Positions 1-12,485 of a DNA stretch of 64,000 nt are shown piece after piece (position 1 is the first letter of the stretch; each line of letters starts with the position of its first letter). The notes beneath the pieces are model-generated. The model was given only the letters and a program-made list of their open reading frames with translations. It was not told the origin of the DNA and did not search any database. A program made the position numbers and the translations under genes. This DNA is from Prorocentrum cordatum (Eukaryota): positions 1-64,000 of the forward strand of contig CAUYUJ010000042.1 of the NCBI GenBank assembly GCA_963575745.1. Reading direction: 5' to 3'.

Positions 1-172
1 CACGAAGTGAAGTGTCCCAACGTCATAGGGGGGGAAGCTGGGTTTGGGTGGTCGCGAAGAGTCGTTTGGATATTTGGTAGAGCTTGTAATGCCCCCCCCC
101 GAAGTGGGGGTATTGCCTGGTGTCGTATGAAAACCCTGGCACTGGGGAGAACACCACGCGTTCGGGTAAAAT

Positions 173-173
173 G

Positions 174-218
<45 letters not shown>

Positions 219-260
219 ATTGTTATTGTTATTGATCTTGGTGTTCTTGTTATTGTTGTT
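173..260. repeat. (GTT)n/(GTTATT) microsatellite
   Basis: Visible trinucleotide run gttgttgtt... Confidence 0.95.
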
Positions 261-477
261 GAGTTCCCATTACTGAAGAATAGTTATTGTTGATCCCCCC
301 CATCCGGTGCACATTGGATTTTTTAATTGAAATGCCCCTCTCGGCACTCGCACCCTTATTTCACCAGGGAAAATTATCCCGGCAAAGCAACCGTACAGCG
401 AAGTGTAGAAGCATATCTGGAAACATTCCCCTTAAGATTTAGGTCAGAATCCAATTGTAGAATTCTTGTTCTCGCAG

Positions 478-1072
478 TCGCAGCCTCAGCCTGCCTCGGC
501 TTGCCTCGGCCTCAGCCTCAGCCTGCCTCGGCCTCAGCCTCAGCCTCAGCCTGCCTCGGCCTCAGCCTCAGCCTGCCTCAGCCTCAGCCTGGCATCAGCC
601 TCAGGAAGCCCCCAGCCTGCTCAGCCGCAGATTGCCTCAGCCCCAGCCACAGCTCAGCCTCAGCCCCAGCCTGTCTTTTTTTCCCCAAGCTTCAGCCTCA
701 GTCCTCAGCCTGCCTCGGCTTGCCTCGGCCTCAGCCTCAGCCTGCCTCGGCCTCAGCCTCAGCCTCAGCCTGCCTCAGCCTCAGCCTGCATCAGCCTCAG
801 CCTCAGCCTGCCTCAGCCGCAGCTTGCCTCAGCCTCAGCCACAGACTCAGCCTCAGCCTCAGCCTGCGTCAGCTTCAGCCTCAGCCTCAGCCTGCCTCGG
901 CTTGCCTCAGCCTCAGCCTCAGCCTGCCTCGGCCTCAGCCTCAGCCTCAGCCTGCCTCAGCCTCAGCGTCAGCCTCTCAGCCTCAGCCTGCATCAGCCTC
1001 AGCCTCGGCCTCAGCCTGCCTCAGGCTCAGTCTCAGCCTGCCTCAGCCTCAGCCTGCCTCAGCCTCAGCCTC
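478..1072. repeat. Degenerate (GCCTCA)n hexamer tandem array
   Basis: Repeated cctcag/cctcgg units; explains the PQPQ/SASA/LSLS low-complexity ORFs in three frames. Confidence 0.95.
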
Positions 1073-1356
1073 ACAGTTGGCTCCGGGCAATCAAAATGTA
1101 ACCTGGGAGTGGTGTTCTGGGAACGAAGCACACGAAGTGGCCTACAGTTGGCTCCGGGCATTCAAAATGTGACCCGGGAATGGTGTTCTGGGAACACGAA
1201 GAACGCGAAGTGGCCTACAGTTGGCTCCGGGCATTAAATGTGGTTCGGGAATGGTGTTCTGGGAACACGAAGAACACGAAGTGGCCTACAGTTGGCCCCG
1301 GGCATTCAAAATCATGCCCAGGAATGGAGTTCTGGGAACTCGAAGACCACAAGTGC
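1073..1356. repeat. ~72-bp minisatellite, 4 copies
   Basis: Unit acagttggctccgggcattcaaaatgt...ggaatggtgttctgggaacacgaagaacacgaagtggcct repeated four times. Confidence 0.9.
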
Positions 1357-1499
1357 GTTACTGTTTGCTTAAAAAGAATTCCCCGGCATCCCTCCTGCAT
1401 GCTACGCCGGGTCGCGCCCAGACCCCCTTGGACCGTCATGATGCTTTCTTTTGACGTTATTAGAAACCTATCAGTTTTCGTTGTTATATAAATATTCCT

Positions 1500-1775
1500 C
1501 CTCAAACTGTGCCCTTGGCCCCCGGTTTACAGCAACAGCAACAACAATAGCTCCCGCTTGATACTTCCTCAAAATTTACTCCGGTCCTCCGCTCCCGCTT
1601 GAGACTTCCTCGCAATTTACTCAAGAATCGCGCTCTCGCCTGAGACGTCCTTGCAATTTACTCAGGCGTCGCGCTCTTGCCATTCAGGAATCGCGCGTTC
1701 GCTGGGGACTTCCTCGAATTTATTTAAGAATAGCCATCTCGCTGGAAACTTCCTGGCTAATCACGCACACCTCAC

Positions 1776-1815
<40 letters not shown>

Positions 1816-2650
1816 ATATATATATATACATGTATATGTATATATATATATGTATATATGTATGTACGTATATATATATATATATATGTATACATACCAA
1901 AAGTGGTATGATCGAAGACAACGAGGGCGGGTATCGAGGGTTCGGGAAATGCATGCAGAGTGACACTCGAGCAGACAAGAGCGAACAGTTTTAAACTGAT
2001 TGCTGTTGTTGTTGAATTTTCACTTCTGATGAATAATTCTTGTTTATCCCCCCTCACCGGTGCAAGCTGTTTTTCTCAATCAAAGTGTGCCCCTCGACGT
2101 TCGCACCTTGTTTTTTTGACAGGGAAAGTCTTGATGCTCAAACTGTGCCCCTGGCCCCCCGGTTTGCAACAACAGCGGCTCCCGCCTGAGACGTCCTCCA
2201 AATTTACTCAGGACCCCCGCTCCCGCCTGAGAATTCCTTACAATTTACTCGGGTTTGGTGCTCCCGCCTGTGACATCCTCGCAATTTAGTCAGGACCCCC
2301 GCTCCCATCTGACAGTTCCTCACAAGTTACGCAGGAACGGTGCTCCCGCTTGAGACTTCCTTACAACTGGGGCAAGACTTCCTCGCAATTTAATCAAGCC
2401 CCCCGCATCCGCCAGAGAACCCTTCACATTTTATTCAGGAATTGCGCTTTCGCCTGTGACTTCCATGCGATTGATTCAGAAATCGCGCTTTCGACGCTCA
2501 GGAAACACGTTGTGCCAAGGACGCCGTCGCAATTTACTTAGGAATCGCGCTCTCGCCATACTCAGGCATCCCGCTTGAATGTCCCACCCGCCCGACCCGC
2601 CCGTCAGGGGATCGCCCGCCCGTCGTGGGCTCCCGCCCGAGACTTCCTTC
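1500..2650. repeat. Degenerate ~41-bp minisatellite (cgctcccgcctgagacttcctcgcaatttactcagga) in two blocks, each headed by ctcaaactgtgccc
   Basis: Recurrent motif at about 1550-1760 and 2175-2650; header sequence duplicated at 1501 and 2137. Confidence 0.8.
1777..1895. repeat. (TA)n/(TATG) microsatellite
   Basis: Visible dinucleotide run. Confidence 0.95.
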
Positions 2651-2989
2651 AGGAACGGCGCTTTCGCTTAGGTTTTCCTCGAACGTTCACATTCTTACCT
2701 TCCTGTTCCTCCTCCCTCTCCCTCCTCCCACCTCCCTCCTCTCCTCCGTTCTCTCTGCCCCCTCTCTACCCTCATGTTTATGCCTCTCTGCCCTATCCCC
2801 GCTCCTTCCTCTCCCTCCTCTCTTCTCCCTCCCCTCTCTTGCCTCCTCCCTCTCTCTTTCTTTTTTTTGTTATATCTCTCTCTCTCTCTCCTCTCTCTCT
2901 CTCTACCTCTCTTATATGTTTTTTTTTTCTCTCTATCTCTCTCCCATCTCTCTGCCTCTAATCAACCGCCCCCCTGCTGCTCTTTCTCT

Positions 2990-3545
2990 CATCGGCGCCG
3001 CCACCAGCAACAACAACGCTCCCTCTCGAGATGTCATCCCTTTTTTATTCAAGACGGTGCTCCTCCTCGACGCCGAAAGCCGCCGTCCCGACAAAACCAG
3101 CGCTCCCGCCCGAGACTTCTTCCCGTTTTACGCTGGATTGGCGCCCTACTCTCTTTTGAATTGGCGCCGCTCCCAGCAAGAACAACGCTCCCGCTCGAGG
3201 CTTCCTTTTCTTCGTTCCCCAGGACGGTGCTGTTCCTCGCCGCCGACAGCCCCCGTCTCGACAAACCACGGCTCCCGCTCAAGACTTCCTCCTTTCTTAC
3301 TCAGTGCGGTGTTCGTCCTCGCCGCCGGCAGCCGCCGTCCCAACAAAGCCAGCGCTCCCGCTTGAGACTTCGTTTTGTTTTACGCTGGACTGGCGCCCTA
3401 CTCTCTTCGGCATTGGCGCCGCTCCCAGCAACAACAGCGGCCCTACTCGAGACTTCCTCCCTTTCTATTCAGGGCCAGGTCCTTGCCTTGCCGCCGACAG
3501 CCCCCATCTCCGCCAAGGCAATCCTGTCGCTCGATACTTCCTTGT
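2990..3545. repeat. ~85/170-bp higher-order repeat containing the cgctcccgc.cgagacttc core; further copies at about 4195-4485
   Basis: Alternating 'ggcgccgc.cccagcaacaacaacgctcccg' and 'cgccgccgacagcccc...acaaa.ccagcgctcccg' subunits. Confidence 0.75.
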
Positions 3546-3789
3546 GCTTTACCCTTGGCTGGGGCTCCACTGGCGGTCTCGCATCGGCGCACCAAGGCGC
3601 GGGCATGGATTTTCGATGCGGGATATGTTGAAATTCCTCGGGGGAGGTTTTTGCAAGACCTCATTGGGCGGGATATCTGGGAATGGGAATAACGGACCCC
3701 TCTATAGAACAATAGTCCCCCATGATGGGGATGGTTATCATGATGGTCGCATGCTTCGTGTGGAAACATCGCGCATGACGGTAAACTGA

Positions 3790-4007
3790 TTGTTGTTGTT
3801 GGTTGTTGTGTTTGTAATTGTTGTTATTATTATTGTTGTTGTTGTGGCTGTGGTTGTTGTTGTGGTTGTGGTTGTGGTTGTGGTTGTGATTGTGGTTGTG
3901 GTTGTGGTTGTGGTTGTGGTTGCGGTTGCGGTTGCGGTTGTGGTTGTGGTTGTGGTTGTGGTTGTGGTTGTGGTTGTGGTTGTTGTTGTTGTTGTTGTTG
4001 TTGTTGG

Positions 4008-4041
<34 letters not shown>

Positions 4042-4052
4042 GCTGCTGTTGA
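3790..4052. repeat. (GTT)n/(GTGGTT)n microsatellite
   Basis: Visible run. Confidence 0.95.
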
Positions 4053-4487
4053 ATGTTAGGTACCAAACAATTATTATTGTTGGACCCCTTGAAGGCGCTC
4101 TAGCGCTCTCGCCTCGGCGCCGGCTGCATTTTCATCGAAAATGAGGCTCACTCTCAAGCGGTCTGGGGGACTGCAAAAACTGCCCCCCCCCAAGAACAAC
4201 AACGCTCCCGTTCGAGACTTCCTCCTTTTTTACTGAGGGCCGGTGCTCTCAGCCGTCTCAACAAACCCAGCGCTCCCGCTCGAGACTGCCTCCCGCTTTA
4301 CCTTGGACAGACGCGCTACTCTTTCTCTCATCGGCGCCGCCCCCCAGCAACAACAACGCTCCCGCTCGAGACTTTATTCTTTTATGCTCAAGGCGGTGCT
4401 CTTGCTCGCCGCCGACAGCCCCCGTCCTGACAAAGCAAACGATCCCGCCCGAGACTCCCTCCCGTTTTACGCTGGACTGGCGCCCGT

Positions 4488-5000
4488 TTCTCCTCCTCCT
4501 CCTCGTCTTGGTCCTCATCCACCTCCTCCTCCTCCTCCTCCTCCTCCTCTTCCCTCTTCCTCCATCCCTCTTCTTCCTCCCTCTTCCTTTCTTCACCCTC
4601 TCCTCTTCTCCCTCCTCCCTCCTCCGTCCCTCTTCCTCCTCCTCCCTCCCTCCTCCTCCCTTCCCCCTTTTCCTCCCTCTCTTCCTCCTTCTCCTCCTCG
4701 TCCTCCTCCTCCTCCTCTTCCTCCTCCTTCTCTTCCTCCTCCTCTTCCTCCTCCTCCCTCCTCCTCCTCCTCCTCCTCCTCCTCCTCTTCCCTCCTGCCC
4801 TCCCCCTCCTCCCTCCTTCCCCTTTCCTTCCCGCCTTCTTCCTTCCTCCACCCCCTCCTCTTCTCCCTCCTCCCTCCTCCCTCTCCCGTCCCTCTTTCCT
4901 CCCTCCTCCTCCATCCTCCTTTCCCTTTTCGTCCTCTTGTCTCCTCCCTCCTGCCTCACTCCTCTCTCCTCCCTCTTCCCTTCCCCTTCCGTCCTCCCTC
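4488..5000. repeat. Polypyrimidine (CCT)n tract
   Basis: Visible run; similar (CCT)n/(GAG)n tracts recur throughout the window. Confidence 0.95.
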
Positions 5001-7039
5001 GTCGCTCCCGGTTGATATTTCTTCACCTTTTACTCAAGACTGTGGCCCTCGTTTCGGCATCGCCTCCGGGGAAGTTCCAAGAGTCCCTGTTGAACCTTAC
5101 TTATAGAATAACTATCATTTTTGGATAGCATAGATACTGTGAAGGAGGAGGAGGAGGATAATAATGAGGACGGGTGGCTCCCAGGGACTCCAAGGATCGA
5201 GGGCCGAAGGACTCACATCAGGGATTCCTTGAGAGAGTGTGGAGGGGCAGGCGGAGGATGCGAGCATGGGAGCGGCGGCGCCTGGGGGCGTGAACGTTCA
5301 GGGCCACGCGCCGAGGCCACAGGATGGTGGCGTAACAGTTCGAACGAGGAGTAAGAACCACCTCCTCCTCGGAGGCACTGCTAGTAAAACTGCTCCTCTT
5401 TCCTCCCCCTTCTCCTCCTCCTCCTCCTCCTCCTCCTCCTCCATCCTTCTCCTCCTCCTCCTCCTCCTCCTCCTCCTCCTCCTCCTCCTCTCCCTCTTTC
5501 CCTTCCTCATATTCCTTCCCTTCCTCGTCCTCTCCCTCCTCCTCCCAGATGCGGGGCGTGCGCAATGCGATTGCGATGGCGACGTGCCGTCCGAGCTGTG
5601 GATGTCGAAGTTATTCGGAAGAGGTGGTGGCAATACTTGCTTGGGCGGGGGATCTGGGCGAAGGAATATCGGGCCCCGCGCGCCAGAACCGACAAATCCC
5701 TTGTGACGGGGTGGGGTATCCAGAAAGATGCGCGCGCGCGTCGAAGCATGGCGCATGATGGTAACATGTTTTTGTTGTCGTTGTTGTTGTCGTCGGCGCC
5801 GTGGCCGTCGACGTCGCCGCTTGTCTCGGGTGAGCGAGCGACGAAGCCATGGCAAGTTTTATGACCGTGCGGCCTCAGATTCGAGAAGGCCTGCTGCGTC
5901 CGCGCGCGACGCGCCTTGCCATGATGTGTCGACATGAACGTCGTCGTCGACGTTGGCGTCGGCGCCAGTGTCGGCATCGGTGTCGGCGTCGGGCGTCGTC
6001 GTCGTCGTCGCCCTGGTCGCCGCTGGCGGTGGGCCGGCGGCAGGCCCGCCGCTGGACCGTTTTCAGGTGGTCTTTGATTCAGAGGAGGGACAGCTGAGGC
6101 CTCGGCAGCCGCCGCAATTTCTTCTCTCGTTTCGCATTTCGTAATTCCTGGTTTGGTGTGTCCCCTTCCCATCGGCCGTGATCCGTGAGGTGGCTGGTGG
6201 GCGGTGTTGGGCTCGCCGCGCGGGGCGACGCCGAGCCTTGCTTCCACTTCTTTCGATTTCTGCCGGACACCTGCGCGGCCGTTCCATCAGTGTCGTATCC
6301 ACGCGGTTAGTCCAGACCTCGGCTGTCTTCGTGCGTGGGGAAGGCAGGTGGGTGTCTCTCCTTGGCGTCAGTGGTGCATGGAACGGTGCTTTCACTGCGT
6401 GGTCGTAAGCCGTTGCTGATTGCGTGGCTCCGCATCATCGGATTATTCTTCTCTGATACCAAGCTTACTTCGTTCACCCCTGAATATGAAGGAGTTGCAG
6501 AACCTCTGCGACAAAGAGGGCGAGGCTGTGACGGCCATGAAGGCCTTGCCGTGCTGTCCTTTTCCACGGGCCGGGGTACGGCGAGGGCGATATCGGAAAC
6601 AGTTGAATAACGACGGCGAAGAAAACCAGAGCAACGAGGAAGCGTAGACGAATTATGAGGGTTTGGGGTGATGAAGAGCAGCAGCGACAGCATGGGGGAC
6701 TGTGGCGGTGACGAGGGACAGGGGCAGGAACAGCAGCATCACGGCGGCAACGCCAGGGATTCCTTCTTCGCGACGTGCGCTCCAGGGACCCCGACCTCAT
6801 TCCGGCGGCGAGCATGGGGGGAAGTGAGGAGGAGCGGGCCTTCTTCAGAAGGCTCGGAAGTCCCATGGCCTTCTGGAGAAGTTTTCCCAGCCTTCCACGC
6901 AGACATAAAAAACCTTTCGGAAAGCGCAAGGGCTTCTGACAAGTCCCGGCACGTTCTGAGAAGGCCTTTTCCTTCCCATTTCCCCCTTTCGCTCGCCGCT
7001 GATCATCGCAGGGGGCCCCCGACCTCATCGCAGGGGCCA

Positions 7040-7600
7040 AAGGAGGATGAAGAGGAGGGGGAGAACGAGGATGAAGAGGAGGGGACAAGGAGGAGGAGGA
7101 GGAGGAGGAGGAAGAGGAGGAGGAGGAGGAGGAGGGAGGAGGAGGAGGAGGCAGGAGGGGAGGAGGAGGAGGAGGAGGAGGAGGAGGAGGAGGAGGAGGA
7201 GGAGGAGGAGAGGAGGAGGAGGAGGAGGAGGAGGAGGAGAGAGGAGGAGGAGGAGGAGGAGGAGGAGGAGGAAGGAGAGGGAGAGGAGGAGGGAAGAGGA
7301 GGAGGAGGAGGAGGAGGAGGAAGAGGAAGGAGGAGGAGGAGGGGGGGAGGAGGAGGAGGAGGATAGGGAGGAGGAGGTAGGAGGAGGAGGAGGAGGAGGA
7401 GGAGGAGGAGGAGGAGGAGGGAGGAGAGGAGGAAGGAAGGAGGAGGAGGAGGAGGAGGAGGACGAGGAAGAGGAGGAGAAGGAGGAAGAGGAGGGAGAGG
7501 AGGAGGTGGAGGAAGAGGTAGGACGAGGAGGAGGAGGGAGGAGGAGGGTAGGAGGAGAGGAGGAGGAGGAGGAGGAGGAGGGAGGAGGAGGAGGAGGATC
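7040..7600. repeat. (GAG)n polypurine tract
   Basis: Visible run. Confidence 0.95.
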
Positions 7601-8295
7601 ACGATAAAAGGTTTCTGAGCGTGCGTTGCCCTTCCTGTGCCGCTTGCGCGCCGGCTGGGTCTCCGCGGCCCCGCGCGCTCCCTCCGTGGGGCGCTCGAGG
7701 GCCAGCCCTCCCGGGACCCCCACCCGCCCGCCCTCCTCTCTCCTCCTCCTCCTCCTCTCCTCCTCTCTCCCCTCCTCCTCCTCCTCCTCTCCTCCTCCTC
7801 CTCCTCCTCCTCGTGCTGCATGCATGCAGCTGGTTTCGGCCCCGCCGCCGGGCCCATTCCTCGATACATGGGTGCCTCCTGGCGCCAGGAGGCGCTGGGG
7901 AAATCAGCTACGTGAGCGGATTCTCTACCCAACCCGTTGCTATCCCCCCCCTGTCGCCCCCCCCCGATAAACGATGCTCAGAGGGGTGGTGCGAGGGGTT
8001 GTGCAAGGGGTTTGTGCGAGGGGGGTTGTGCGAGGGGGTTGCGCGGGAGCTGTGCAAGCCTGGGCAGAGGGGCGCCGCCGCACGGGGAGGGCCAGGCACG
8101 CTCACGGACCTTTTATCTTGGATCCTCCTCCTCCTCCTCCTCCTCCTTCCCTCTCCTCCTCCCTCCCTCCTCCTCCTCCTCCTCCTCCTCCTCCTCCTCC
8201 TCCCTCTCCTCCTCCTCCTCCTCCTCCTCCTCCTCCTCCTCCTCCTCCTCCTCCTCCTCCTCCCTTGTCTCAGCCACGCGCCGAGGGGGAGCAGG

Positions 8296-8479
8296 GGGGC
8301 GCTGAAGAAGGAACCTTTTTTCGCTGGGGAGAGGCTCGGTGCTCCTTGATTGATTCACAGCTTGCCTAAGGTTTTCCGTAGGTTTTCGATGGGATACAAC
8401 AAATGCCGGAGTCTAACTCATGGATGAAGAAAGGGGCCTCGTTCCTCATTTAGGGATCATTAGGTCAACGCCCCGACTG
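8296..8479. mobile_element. MITE family A (TIR CAGTCGGGGCGCTGA, TA flanks; Tc1/mariner-like), left end degenerate
   Basis: Internal sequence shared with 20598-20773 and 55850-56353; right end tcaacgccccgactg followed by TA. Confidence 0.75.
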
Positions 8480-8481
8480 TA

Positions 8482-8653
8482 CAGTCAACCCGCCTGGTAA
8501 GGATGGGCAACCTGCCCAGGGGTAACCTTGCATCCTTGCCCATTCAGCCCATCCTTTGCGACTCTCGCTGGCCAACTGCGTTCGACGAACGCGCACGTGG
8601 CCCTCCAAGCCACTTGCATCATTACCGCGCATCCATATGATACGGGTTGATTG
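8482..8653. mobile_element. MITE family B (TIR CAGTCAACCCGC, TA flanks)
   Basis: cagtcaacccg...cgggttgattg; internal 'cccttgcatcctt' motifs shared with copies at 29520, 45859 and 52046. Confidence 0.8.
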
Positions 8654-8892
8654 GACTAGATGCTATGAAGGAGAAAAGTGTCGGAAGGGTTGTGCGAGGG
8701 GTTGTGCAAGGGGGTTGTGCGAGGGTTGTGCCAGGGGTTGTGCAAGGGTTTGTGCGGAGGTCGTGCAAGCTTTTTTTGATGCCTATTCTATCCCGTCACA
8801 TCTAGCAGTCCTTTCCTCGTGCTGCCCTCCTTTCAGGGTTCGATCATGGGCCCCCTTGTGAAACGCAGCCGTCCAGCGTTCGCGCCAGAAGC

Positions 8893-9075
8893 CGCTTGAG
8901 ACCGCCGAAGGCTGCCAGAAGACCGCCGAAGCCCGCCCAAGACCGCCCGAAGACCGCCGACGACCGCCGAAGACGGCCAAAGACCGCCGAAGACCGCCGA
9001 AGACTGTCAGAAGACCGCCGAAGACCGCCCAAGACCGCCCGAAGACCGCCCGATGACCGCCGAAGACGGCCCAGG
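8893..9075. repeat. (CCGAAGACCG)n ~10-11-bp tandem repeat
   Basis: Visible array. Confidence 0.9.
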
Positions 9076-10626
9076 AGCCACGGGTAGCGAGGGTTCCATG
9101 GTCGAGCACGTGTAGCCTCCTTTCCCCTCCTCCTTCCTTCGGGGGTTGCTGAAGGTGCCCCTGGCCCAAGGTGCCCCCAGCTTGTCGATCAATGTTGAAG
9201 CCCCTGGGGCCCTCTGGGCCTCGTGAGGGGTGCCCTGGAGGCCGTGGGGGCCTTCCTGGACATCCTGGGGGCACTTCTAGCAGCACCCGATGATTCCTCC
9301 CTTCTGCTCGCTGGCTCCCGGGCGGTTCGCGTCCTGCGCACCCCACGGAGTGCACGAGGAAGAGGAGGCCCCGACGTGATGGGAGCGTTGGTCAAGGATG
9401 GAGGGCAGGTGGTTTTAAAGGTGTGGCTCTCGCCTTAGCGCCGCGCTCATTCGTCTGAAAAGTGTTTCGCAGTTCACGGATGGACGGCAGTTCCTTTTTC
9501 AAATGTATGATTATCGTTTTCGCGCCGCGCGCATTCGTCGTCCAGTTTCGCAGTAGGTTCAAGGATTCGTAGGGTTGATGTTCAGGAATTGTTTTGAGGG
9601 TGCGATTTAGGATTGTCAGGTCGCAACAGACACTTGCATTCGCTGTGTTGAAGTTCCAGGAACGGTGTTCTAGCACTACCCAGAATTGTCAGCAAATGAA
9701 GCACACGTTTGCTTGCGGCGTTGAGCTCCAGGGACTGCTGTCTTGGCACGCTTGATGAGGATTCTCACACGATTGTCTTTCAGCGAGGTACTTACCACAA
9801 TGAAGCTAGATTTTTTGCAGGGACCTATGAAGAGGGAACTTGGAGGGAGAGTTTAGTGCAACATCGTGGATGTGTCTTGGGTTCACACTGGCCCTCCTCC
9901 TCCTCCTCCTCCTCCTCCTCCTCCTGCTCCTACTCCTCCGCCTCCTTCTCCTCCTCCTCTCTCCTCGTCCCCCCCACCCGCCCCACAGCACCGTGGCGAG
10001 CGGCGTTTGCTTGATGACCTCGGCCTCGCCGAGCGGCGAGGCCGCCTTCGCATGCTCGGGTGGGGCGACGGCGACGCGCGGGGGCGCCGCCGCGGGCGCA
10101 CGCTCAACCCAGCCGCTGCACGGCGCGATCGTCGCGCCCGAACGGCAGCAGTACCAGGGCCTCTGCGGCATCCGCGGCCCCGGTGCGCCGCGTCGCGGGG
10201 GCACCCCGCGGGCGCGGCCCGCGACCGACTCGTTCTGGCTGCCGCGCCCCGCGGGGAAACCGCCCCGCGCGCGTTCGGCGCGCGGCAGCGGGCGCGACCG
10301 CCTCGCCCCGTTGAGATCCGCAACCCAGGCACCCTCCGCTCTCCTCTCCTCCGCTCCCCTCCCTCCCTCCCGCGCTCTCTCCGACGCTCGATCCCTCCCT
10401 CCTCCCTCCTCCCTCCCTCCCTCCCTCCCTCCCTCCCTCCTCCCCCCTTCTCCCTCCCTCCCTCCTCCCCTTCTCCCTCCCTCCCCCCTCCTCCTTCCTC
10501 GGAGCGGGGGGCCGGCGGAGAGGCCGCCGCCGCGGCCGTGCAGCGCCTCACCCGGCAGCAGCTGGAGGAGGCCGCTGGGCGCTGCCCGCGCTGAGCGCCC
10601 CGCTGCTGCCGAGGAGGGAGGGCGGG

Positions 10627-10662
<36 letters not shown>

Positions 10663-11769
10663 AGCAGGAGCAGGAGGAGGAGGAGGAGGAGGAGGAGGAG
10701 GAGGAGGAGGAGGAGGAGGAGGAGGAGGAGGGGAGGGGAGGAGGAGGGGGAGGGGGAGAGGAGGAGGAGGAGGAGGAGGGAGGAGGAGGAGGAGGGGAGG
10801 AGGGGAGGAGGAGGAGGAGGACCGAGGCCTGAGCTCCAAGCGGCACTCCCATGTATTCCACGGGCTCGAGAGAGCGCGGGAGGGAGGCAGGAGGCACCCA
10901 CCTCCTAACGTTCTCTGAGGAGGCCCCCGCGCGCCAGCCAGTGCGCTCTGGCGAGATGACAGCCGCGTTTCGCCCTTTGGGCATGGTTGCCGGTTCCCTT
11001 CGCGTGGGTCCGCGTCGCCGAACCAACCGCGCTGCGCCCGTGGACCCGTTGCCCTGTGCGCGCGCGGCCTGCCTGCGGGCATGCTCGTCCACATCGATGT
11101 CGGCTCAGCCAGGGCGGCAGCCCGCGATGGCCGAGGGCATAGCCATCACGGCGGGCCTCCGGCGCGAGATTGCCCGCCCAGCTGACCTGCGCTGTGGCTT
11201 GGATGCGGCGCGAGACGCTTTCGCTGGACTCGGGTAGCGGGCGGGACGGCTCGTCGCACCGACTCCCGTGCCGCCCCGTCACGGCGCGGTCTTGCGGCTT
11301 ACCTTCGCACTGCGCCCGGGTACCCGCAGCCCCGCCGATTGCTGCGGCATGGTACCATCGTGCATCACAGTCACGGGCGGTGGTGTCTGACCACGCTCAC
11401 AGTTCGACTGTGCCGCGCCGCCCGCCCCCGGCCAGGACTCATGCCAAGCACGTAGTGCTTGGAATTCGTTTTCGCCTCTGGGTGTTTGATTTACGGCCTG
11501 GCCAAATGCCGGCCAGAAGTATACCCTAGAGTGGCCAAGGTGGCTGGCGGCCGTCCCCTTCTTGACTTGGAGGGTTTGCCAATGTACGTAGCTAGGCGTT
11601 TTTGCCCTCGTCGTCCATTCCTCCATGCTCCTTCTCCCCTTCCTCCTTCTCCTGATTGCTATGCTTATGTGGAACCTGCCTGGAGCTGATGAGGAGGAGG
11701 AGGAGGAGGAGACGGAGGGGGAGGAGGAGGATGACGGAGGAGGCAGGCGGAGGAGGAGGCGGTGCATGA

Positions 11770-12319
11770 CTACTTATGACGATGGCAAAAGATGGTGATG
11801 GTGATGGTGATGGGTGATACTGATGATGGCGGTGATGTTGTTGGTGACGATGGTAATGGTTGATGCTGATGATGATGCTGGTGACGGTGGTGATGGTGGT
11901 GATGGCGATGGTGACGACAGCGACGATCTCCTGGATGATGCAGATAACGGTAGTATGATAATGGTGAAGATGATGAGGATGTTATTGATGATGATACAGA
12001 TGATGATGGCATTGATGTTGATGATGATGATGTTGATGGTGATAATGATTATGATGATGATGATGACGATGATGATGATGACGATGATGATGAAGATGGG
12101 GAAGAGGATGATGCTGATGATGCTGATGCCGATGCTGATGCTGCTGCTGATGCTGATGATGATGATGACGACGATGCTGCTGATGCTAGTGATGAGGATG
12201 ATGCTGGTGAGTGCGATGATGGCGATGGTGGCGATGATGCTGCCGATACTGATGCTGGTGGTGATAGTGCTGATGATGTCGATGATGATGATGCTGATGA
12301 TGATGATGATGATGACGAC

Positions 12320-12372
<53 letters not shown>

Positions 12373-12485
12373 TGATGCTGCTGATGATGATGAGGAGGAG
12401 GGTGATGATGATGAGGAGGAGGAGGAGGAGGAGGAGGAGTATGAGGAGGAGGAGGAGGAGGAGTATGAGGAGGAGGAGGAGGAGA
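11770..12485. repeat. (GAT)n microsatellite grading into (GAG)n
   Basis: Visible run; source of the poly-Met/poly-Ile/poly-His ORFs. Confidence 0.95.

Noticed and set aside
327..1237. Long PQ/SA/LS-rich ORFs
   Set aside because: Translation of the stop-free GCCTCA array in three frames; no domain content.
1550..3545. Repeat-spacer pattern resembling CRISPR
   Set aside because: The apparent spacers are homologous to each other, so this is a minisatellite.
6450..6461. TGGTATCAGAG on the minus strand, resembling a tRNA-iMet PBS
   Set aside because: No adjacent LTR or retroelement ORF; probably chance.
8448..8455. TTTAGGG telomere-like heptamers (also near 20743 and 56322)
   Set aside because: Single units inside MITE family A, not tandem arrays.
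9392..10260. Minus-strand protein-like fragments (LTILNRTLKTIPEHQPYESL...; PWYCCRS..PCSGW)
   Set aside because: They may be exons or pseudogene pieces, but I recognise no family and cannot build a consistent splice model.
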